From Dehalococcoidia bacterium (GTDB taxonomy: Bacteria > Chloroflexota > Dehalococcoidia > Lucifugimonadales > CATOSD01), in the NCBI GenBank assembly GCA_965204815.1, contig OZ242014.1, positions 485,654-549,653 of the forward strand: 64,000 nt of DNA, read 5' to 3'. Numbering within the stretch: position 1 is the stretch's first letter; each line of letters starts with the position of its first letter. Positions 57,548-64,000 of this stretch are shown in pieces. A program made the translations under genes and the position numbers. A model generated the notes under the pieces. The model was given only the letters and a program-made list of their open reading frames with translations. It had not been told where the DNA came from and made no database searches.

Positions 57548-58440
57548 TCCGCGGTCCCTCTCATGTATCGTTCCACCAGAAGCCGTATCTCCTCCGACCT
57601 TTCCTCGCTGAGCGTGCCCTTCTCCACCGAGAACGGCAGCCCGGCCAGCGCGAGCTCGCAGTACAGCGGCAGCACGTGCGGCGCTCGCTCGCTGAGCGCC
57701 TCCAGGTGCTTACGCACCGTGCCCACGTCGCCGCGCGCGTAGGGTCCGGCCACCGCGCCGGGCAGGCCGGACGACGACAGGTTGACGGACACCTGCCGCA
57801 TCATGGGCATCAGCGCCCGAATCCCGTCCTCGCGTTTGTAGCCCAGCTCCTCCCACAGCGTCGCCGTAGCCGCGCCAAGAGTGGTGAGCAGGCCGCCCAT
57901 CATCACCCCCGTCAGGTGGTACAGCGGCTTGTCCTCCGACCGCACGAATATGGGATACGCGCCCAGGTCGTCCGCCATGGCGCTGAGGAACGCGCGCATG
58001 TCGGCGCCGCCCTCTATGCCAAAGGTAATGCCGCGTATGCTCTTGGAGCCGTTCTCTATGGACGACACCGCCTGCAGCGGATGGAACGCGCCCGGTATCG
58101 CTCCCTGCGCGGATGCCTCGTCGAGGGCGTCGAGCGACGCCGCGCCCGAGCAGTGGGCCACGCCCTGCCCTGCCCGCCAGTCGATGGAGCCGGCCACGCC
58201 CGGTATCGCGTCGTCGGGCGTGGTCAGAAACACGAAGTCCGCGGCGTCAACAGCCCGCTGTGGCGACTCGTAAGCCGCGCAGCCCTCGGCCCAGCGCGCC
58301 AGCTCCCGGGCCGACGCGAACGACCGGCTCGCGCACGCCGCGACGCTGTAGCCGGCGCGGCTGAGGGCGGCCGCCAGCGAGCCGCCGACCACGCCGGCAC
58401 CTACGAATGCCAGCCGCGTGTTGTCCTTAGACCACGCCAC
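57544..58440 (-). CDS. Rossmann-like / DUF2520 oxidoreductase
   Basis: FVGAGVVG, TTPDDAI, HCSGA, FHPLQ and GPYARGD..V..H. Confidence 0.88.
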   Translation of the reverse strand: MAWSKDNTRLAFVGAGVVGGSLAAALSRAGYSVAACASRSFASARELARWAEGCAAYESPQRAVDAADFVFLTTPDDAIPGVAGSIDWRAGQGVAHCSGAASLDALDEASAQGAIPGAFHPLQAVSSIENGSKSIRGITFGIEGGADMRAFLSAMADDLGAYPIFVRSEDKPLYHLTGVMMGGLLTTLGAATATLWEELGYKREDGIRALMPMMRQVSVNLSSSGLPGAVAGPYARGDVGTVRKHLEALSERAPHVLPLYCELALAGLPFSVEKGTLSEERSEEIRLLVERYMRGTAD

Positions 58441-59410
58441 TGCCGTCCAGCTCCCCTACGGCCGGCACGCCGCCCAGTCCGGTCGCGGCGCGCACGCCGC
58501 TTGCGATGGCCCTAGCCGCGCACATCGCGACCGCGGCGCACAGACGGTACATGTCCGGCGGCCCCTCCACGGTGCCCGTACCCAGCGCGAACATGGTGTC
58601 GCCATCGTTCATCGTGTGCGCGGGCCGGATCGCCAGCGCCAGGCCGTCGTGGGCGGCGGAAGCGAGCTTGTTGGCCTGCTCCTTGGAGAGCCGCGCGTTG
58701 GTGGCCACTATGCCAATGGTGGTGTTGGTGGCGGCGGGCGGCTCGCGGGTGTAGCCGGGCGTGGTTATCAGCGACATCGACTCGAGCATGGAGGCGCCAT
58801 CGTCGGACAGCGGACCGGCTACCAGGCCGCCCGTGTCGACGTCGTAGACGCCGCCGACGGCGTTCACCGCGACGATTGCGCCGACCATCACGCCGTCGCC
58901 CAGGTCCAGGCTGGAGGTGCCGATGCCGCCCTTTATGGAGCGCGTCCGGCCCAGCGCCTTTGCCACGGTCGCGCCGGTGCCGGCGCCGACGCTGCCCTCC
59001 GCCACTCGCCCGGCGGTGGCGCGCAGGCAGGCGGCGTAGCCGTCGTCAGGGCCGGGGCGCACGCGGTGCGTGATCAGCCGCAGGTCGAACAGGATCGCGG
59101 CGGGGACTATGGGAACCGTGATGCCATCGCCGGCGGGGTATCCCACGCCACGCTCCTCCAGGTAGCGCATCACGCCCGCGGCGGCGTTGAGGCCGAAGGC
59201 GCTGCCGCCGCTCAGCAGCACGGCCTGTGCCTCGCTCACGTTGTTCATTGGACGCAGCAGGTCCGTCTCGCGCGTGCCCGGCGACGAGCCGCGGACGTCC
59301 ACGCCGCCCACGGCGCCATCCTCGCACAGCACCACGGTGCAGCCGGTGGCGGCCTCCGCGTTGGTGTAGTGCCCGACCCGTATGCCGGGCACGTCGGTAA
59401 TGTCGTCCAT
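58427..59410 (-). CDS. P1/S58 (DmpA-like) peptidase
   Basis: ITDVPGIRVGH, PGTRETDLL, LSGGSAFGL, GSVGAGTGA, NTTIG and DGDTMF. Confidence 0.9.
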   Translation of the reverse strand: MDDITDVPGIRVGHYTNAEAATGCTVVLCEDGAVGGVDVRGSSPGTRETDLLRPMNNVSEAQAVLLSGGSAFGLNAAAGVMRYLEERGVGYPAGDGITVPIVPAAILFDLRLITHRVRPGPDDGYAACLRATAGRVAEGSVGAGTGATVAKALGRTRSIKGGIGTSSLDLGDGVMVGAIVAVNAVGGVYDVDTGGLVAGPLSDDGASMLESMSLITTPGYTREPPAATNTTIGIVATNARLSKEQANKLASAAHDGLALAIRPAHTMNDGDTMFALGTGTVEGPPDMYRLCAAVAMCAARAIASGVRAATGLGGVPAVGELDGSGVV

Positions 59411-59494
59411 ATCCGTTCCTATTTGTCCAGAACTAGCTCGTCTGCCAGTCCCAAAAGTCTGCCCAACGTTTGCCTTTCAACGCGGCAACCTCGA

Positions 59495-60661
59495 CTACAG
59501 GGGTTCTGTTCCCTCGCTCAGAACGTCGAGGTAGCGGTTGTAGGCAAACAGCCGGTTTCGGCGCCGGCCCGTAATCTCGCGAGCTATGCCCAACTCGACC
59601 AGCAGGTTCATTCCCGACGTAGCGCCGGGAAACGTCAGTCCTGACTCCTTCTGCGCGTCCGATAGCGACAGCAATGGGCGAGAAGTAAGCACCTGATGCA
59701 CGCGAAGTGCGGAACCGGCCCTGCGGGCCCCGTGTCGCGTGATGCTTGCATGGTCTTCTTCGAACACGTCCAGCAATTGCCGTGTCGTTGCCACGGTGCC
59801 TTGGGCCGTCTCCTGCACGCCCTCGAAGAAGAAGGCTAGCCACTTCTCCCAGTCACCGGTGCGCCGCACACCGTCGAGCAGGTCATAGTAAGTTGAACGA
59901 TGCCGCTTGAGGTACAGGCTCAGGTACAGAAGCGGCTCGCCCAGCACGCCCGCTTCGCAGAGCAGGAAGGTGATGAGAAGCCGTCCCACGCGCCCGTTTC
60001 CATCCAGGAAGGGGTGAATGGTCTCGAACTGCACGTGCGCCATCCCCGCGCGGGCGAGCATGGGAAGGCCGTCCGCCCTGACGTGCAGGAAGCTTTCCAA
60101 TGCTCCCATGCACTCTATCACTTCAGTGTGCGGCGGTGGCACGTAGGCGGCATTGCCCGGGCGTGTGCCGCCAATCCAGTTCTGAGACGTGCGAAACTCT
60201 CCCGGTAGTTTCTCGCTGCCCCTGCCGCTCGAAAGCAGTACCTTGTGGATCTCCCGGATTAACCGGCTGGAGAGTGGGAAACCGCCGCGCAGCCGCTCAA
60301 GCCCGTGATTGAGGGCAGATACGTAGTTCGACACTTCCACAACATCGTCGGTGGGCGCGCCGGGAGCTTGGCCATGTTCGAACAACAGCAGGTCGGATAG
60401 CGAGGACTGCGTTCCCTCGATCTGCGACGAGAGAACCGCCTCCTTGCGAACGTAGTTGTAGATGAACAGTAGCGGGTTAGGCAGCAACTGGGTAACGCTA
60501 TCGAGCCGACCAAGCGCGAGGAGCGCCTCTTCCAACGACTGCTGTAACGGGCCATCCAGCATAAGCGGCGGGTCAGGCGGCAGAGGGGCCGGAATAAAGG
60601 CCCGCACTACCTCGCCACCATAGTTAGTAACTTGGTAGCGGCCGGTCTTTCCACGCTCCAC
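59495..60661 (-). CDS. Fic family protein with C-terminal HTH
   Basis: EAVLSSQIEGT and HPFLDGNGRVGR. Confidence 0.92.
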   Translation of the reverse strand: MERGKTGRYQVTNYGGEVVRAFIPAPLPPDPPLMLDGPLQQSLEEALLALGRLDSVTQLLPNPLLFIYNYVRKEAVLSSQIEGTQSSLSDLLLFEHGQAPGAPTDDVVEVSNYVSALNHGLERLRGGFPLSSRLIREIHKVLLSSGRGSEKLPGEFRTSQNWIGGTRPGNAAYVPPPHTEVIECMGALESFLHVRADGLPMLARAGMAHVQFETIHPFLDGNGRVGRLLITFLLCEAGVLGEPLLYLSLYLKRHRSTYYDLLDGVRRTGDWEKWLAFFFEGVQETAQGTVATTRQLLDVFEEDHASITRHGARRAGSALRVHQVLTSRPLLSLSDAQKESGLTFPGATSGMNLLVELGIAREITGRRRNRLFAYNRYLDVLSEGTEPL

Positions 60662-60675
60662 GACAGATTACACCT

Positions 60676-60836
60676 GCAAGTTTGATTATCCGAGCTATTG
60701 CATCAACCCTTAATACTTTGATTGGTTATTGAGGGTTAGCAGCTAAAGCTTAATAGCAAGTTTGATTATCCGAGCTATTGCACCAACCCTTAATACTTTG
60801 ATTGGTTATTGAGGGTTAGCAGCTAAAGCTTAATAG
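60676..60836. repeat. 80-bp AT-rich tandem duplication (2 copies, 1 mismatch)
   Basis: Units start at 60676 and 60756; internal inverted repeat AACCCTTAATA..TATTGAGGGTT. Confidence 0.92.
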
Positions 60837-60877
60837 GGATGCATTGAGAAGTCAAACGCGGAGCGTCCGATCCCGCC

Positions 60878-61270
60878 CTAGATGATGCTGTCGGGGTCGA
60901 CCAGCGACTCGGCTCGCTCGCGGTCGTCGGTGGAAACGGCGATGGTGGTGTGACCCTCGCGGCGGTCGAGGATGTGCAGGGTCTGGATGTTGATGCCGGC
61001 CTCCTTGAACCGCTCGGCGACTTTGGCGAGCGCGCCGGGTTCGTCACGCAGGCTCAGCATCAGCGAATCGTCCGCCGATGCCTTGAACCCGGCGTCGGTC
61101 AGCACCCGCAGCGAGGCGTCATCGTCGTCGGTCGTCAGCGTGATGACGCCCTTGTCGCCCAGGGCCTTAGCGCTGATGGTCTCGATGTTGATACTGGCGT
61201 CGGCCAGCGCCCGGCTGATGTCCGCGATGACGCCGACTTCGTTCCTCGCCATTATCACAATCCTGGTCAT
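60878..61270 (-). CDS. tandem ACT-domain protein
   Basis: NEVGVIADISRALADASINI and DEPGALAKVAERFKEAGINI; RBS AAGGAG. Confidence 0.88.
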   Translation of the reverse strand: MTRIVIMARNEVGVIADISRALADASINIETISAKALGDKGVITLTTDDDDASLRVLTDAGFKASADDSLMLSLRDEPGALAKVAERFKEAGINIQTLHILDRREGHTTIAVSTDDRERAESLVDPDSII

Positions 61271-61302
61271 CCGGGTCTCCTTCCGTGCGCGGGCAGTGTG
61301 CG

Positions 61303-62397
61303 CTATCTGAGGCAGTCGTCCACGACCGCGTCTATCTGCTCGCGGCTGACGTTTGGCATGGCGATTATGTGGGCTATGTCCTCGTAGGGGGCGATCGACC
61401 ACCTGTGGACGACCTCCTCGGAGGGGCGCGGGAACACCACCGTCACGGAGTTCCTGTTCCGCCAGGCGGGTATGCCGCTGTCGTTGAACCGCGTCACCGC
61501 GTACTCGGCGGTCTCGAGGCACCTGGCGACGATGCTCCGGTAGCCGTCCAGGCCGTGCTTCTGCAGGGCGTACCAGATTATCAGCGGCGCCAGCGCGCTG
61601 CGGGAGCCGGTGAGCGTGGTGTCGAGCACCCCAACGTATTCGACCGAGCGCGAGACGCGCGCCACGTACTCCCGCTTGGTGAGCGCGACGCCGCACGGCA
61701 CGGGTGAGCCGATCATCTTGTGTCCGCTCACGGCCATGCTGTCGATGCCGGAGTCGAAGCCGTAGGCCTGCGGGTCGTCCACGAAGGGCAGGATCATGCC
61801 GCTGAGCGCCGCGTCGGCGTGGATGTAGCGCCGGTTGACGGCGAGGTCGTCCAGCATGTCCCGCACCTTGCGCACGTCGTCCACGGCGCCCTTCATGGTC
61901 GTGCCAATGTTCGTGACGACTATGGCCGGCGCGTCCCGGTTGACTCGCACTGCCTCGTACAGGTCGTCGTAGTCCACCTCGCCGTTGTCCTGGCTCTTGA
62001 CCATGATGTTACGGGCATTGATCAGGCTCATTATCTTCACGACGCTGTAGTGCGTGTCCTCGGAGTAGTAGACTATGCCGTCGGGGAAGAGGGCGCGCCC
62101 CAGGTACAGGCCGTACATGTTGCCCTCGGTACCGCCGGAGGTGACGTAGCCCCACGAGTCGTCGCGCGAAATGTGCATCAGGTCGGAGAACGTGTCGATG
62201 ACCTCGCGCTCGAATTCGTGCGTGTTCATGCTGAAGTTGCTCTCGTGGAAGGGGTCGCCCACGTTGTTGATGCTGAACTCCAGGAAGGGCAGCAGCTCGG
62301 AGTAATCGAAGTCCTGGTTGACGGGATAACCCACAAACCGGGGCGACATCTCTTGAAACCGGGCGTACAGGGCCTGAAGTCGTTCTTCAGTAGTCAT
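61303..62397 (-). CDS. PLP-dependent histidine decarboxylase-like enzyme (group II)
   Basis: GYPVN, INNVGDPF, GYVTSGGTEGNMYGL, THYS, HADAALSG and SGHKMIGSPVPCG. Confidence 0.85.
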   Translation of the reverse strand: MTTEERLQALYARFQEMSPRFVGYPVNQDFDYSELLPFLEFSINNVGDPFHESNFSMNTHEFEREVIDTFSDLMHISRDDSWGYVTSGGTEGNMYGLYLGRALFPDGIVYYSEDTHYSVVKIMSLINARNIMVKSQDNGEVDYDDLYEAVRVNRDAPAIVVTNIGTTMKGAVDDVRKVRDMLDDLAVNRRYIHADAALSGMILPFVDDPQAYGFDSGIDSMAVSGHKMIGSPVPCGVALTKREYVARVSRSVEYVGVLDTTLTGSRSALAPLIIWYALQKHGLDGYRSIVARCLETAEYAVTRFNDSGIPAWRNRNSVTVVFPRPSEEVVHRWSIAPYEDIAHIIAMPNVSREQIDAVVDDCLR

Positions 62398-62924
62398 TTG
62401 CGCCTCCATCCCGCATTTGGTGTCGCACACGAAGACTGCGACGCAATAGCCCGACATGCTCTCCGTTAGCTGCGCTATATCACGCCGCACGCGATTCGGG
62501 CGCCCGCCGACCCCACGTCCAGGTAATCGTCAGCGTCAGCGTCACCTCGCCCATCGCGTGTCCGACCGGCGCGGTGTGCGTCGCACGGGCGGTCGCGCCA
62601 ACCTCCCCCGGTGAGTCGCCGCCGCTGCATGCAGCAGCCGCGAGAAGTGCGACTGTGGCGAGGATTGCTCAAAGCGTTCTTGGCATCTGTACATCCTTCA
62701 TTGCCGTGGCATCGCTACCTGGATGATCGAGATGGAGTATAGCATAAGCGGCGCTGGGAAGACGCCCGGACGCGCGCGCTCGAGCCTGTCCCGGATTCGT
62801 GGTTGAAGTTGAAGAGCAAATTGAACTCGCAAATGTTATGATGGCCTAACAAATCCGTGTCTGTCTTTTGAACGCTGGTGCAGCACTGAATGGCCTGCCA
62901 TAGACACGCTAGGGAAGGTGAGTC

Positions 62925-63764
62925 ATGCAACGCGATAACTTCAACAGTTATTGCGAATCCCTGCTCGCTCAGTACAACCGCAGAAACACCCAGGCAACCA
63001 GAAGGCGCATAGACGGGCTGTGCAACATTCTTAGACAAGAAGGCAACCACACGGTGCAGACCATGTTCGGCGGCTCGGTGGGACGGCGCACTTACGTGAA
63101 CGGCCTCAGCGACGTCGACGTCCTGCTGATAGTGAACCAGTCTTCGCTTGTGAACCAGCCCCCGTCAAAGGTCATACAGTACGTGCGGGACACAATCCAG
63201 CGCCGCCTCCCATCTAACTCCGTAAGCGCGGGCAGACTTGCTGTGACGGTCGATTACTCTGACGGAACCGAGATTCAGATACTGCCCGCCATTAGGAGGG
63301 AAAGCGGGAACGTTCGGATTGCACGCCCAGGAAGCACCAGGTGGAGCAACATCTTGCAACCTGACCGCTTTGCCGAAGAACTCGCCCAGGTCAACCAAGC
63401 GAATGGGGGCAGAGTGTTGCCGACCATAAAGCTCGCCAAGGCGATGGCGGATTGTTTCATCACAAATCAGGACAGGAAAATTAGCGGCTTTCACATGGAG
63501 GCTCTCGCCATTGACGCCTTCAGAAACTACACGGACGACCGCGATCACAAGTCCATGCTAGTTCACTTTCTAAGACACTCCACGAGAGCAGTGATGCACC
63601 CTATCGCCGATCCCACCGGGCAATCGCGACATGTGGATGAATACTTGGGTCAGTCAGGTTCCCTAGAACGTAAGCGTGCGTCAACCTATTTTGGCCAAAT
63701 GCGCGGCGAGGTTAATCGTTGCGTCACAAGGGCGCGGTTCAACAAGCTGTTTTGTGTCAACTGA
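62925..63764 (+). CDS. cGAS/DncV-like (SMODS) nucleotidyltransferase, CBASS-type cyclase
   Basis: FGGSVGRRTYVNGLSDVDVL, AVTVDY..EIQILPA, TIKLAK, SGFHME and IADPTG; atypical codon usage. Confidence 0.82.
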   Translation: MQRDNFNSYCESLLAQYNRRNTQATRRRIDGLCNILRQEGNHTVQTMFGGSVGRRTYVNGLSDVDVLLIVNQSSLVNQPPSKVIQYVRDTIQRRLPSNSVSAGRLAVTVDYSDGTEIQILPAIRRESGNVRIARPGSTRWSNILQPDRFAEELAQVNQANGGRVLPTIKLAKAMADCFITNQDRKISGFHMEALAIDAFRNYTDDRDHKSMLVHFLRHSTRAVMHPIADPTGQSRHVDEYLGQSGSLERKRASTYFGQMRGEVNRCVTRARFNKLFCVN

Positions 63765-63782
63765 GACAGGTGTTGTTAGCCA

Positions 63783-64000
63783 ATGAACGGTAAGTTCATC
63801 TACATCTCAGGCAGTGCAAACCCCTCGTGCTCCCAAGACAAGTTGAAGTTCGCTTACCAGTTCGTCACGCTCTTTACCGCAGAGACGCTTAGGCGCGGCG
63901 GCGGCATAGTCGTACTCGCCGGAGATGAGAAGGACACTGGCGATGAACAAGGCGCACCGCTCATATTCGACTGGGTGGCTCTGCGAGAAGTTGAGCGCTA
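63783..64000 (+). CDS. SLOG-like putative CBASS effector (runs off window)
   Basis: Manual translation: MNGKFIYISGSANPSC..LRRGGGIVVLAGDE..PLIFDW, 18 nt after the cyclase. Confidence 0.55.
   Translation, partial: MNGKFIYISGSANPSCSQDKLKFAYQFVTLFTAETLRRGGGIVVLAGDEKDTGDEQGAPLIFDWVALREVER

Overview
GC-rich bacterial chromosome segment. Gene content and style (family-5 peptide ABC binding proteins with Pro/Ala/Gln linkers, several enoyl-CoA hydratases, an rpmH-rnpA-yidD-PQQ propeller-yidC-jag cluster, PaREP1-like proteins, a plant-type LRR protein and small coiled-coil/TM proteins) suggest Chloroflexota (Dehalococcoidia/SAR202-like), possibly a marine animal or sponge symbiont; this is inference only. 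It contains about 65 CDSs, a tmRNA, VapBC, Fic, a KAP NTPase and the start of a CBASS-like locus at the right edge. The most striking unexplained structure is two abundant families of short extragenic palindromes, each with a small non-RAYT nuclease gene embedded in its densest cluster. Family A (GTCATTCCGAGCG..GCCGAGGAATCT) brackets a GIY-YIG gene as an inverted pair. Family B (CCCTCTCCC-N5-GGGAGAGGG-N3-GGGTGAGGG, with three-way covariation suggesting a fold-back triplex) surrounds a DUF559 endonuclease next to ssrA. These repeats also supply RBSs, start codons and stop codons to neighbouring genes, and coincide with strong local strand skew. Other highlights are a ZnuA with an AztD-like propeller inserted in its His-loop, a gene family with a conserved internal in-frame RBS, and a triple translationally coupled uORF. 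All family assignments are from motif recognition by eye; no database searches were run.
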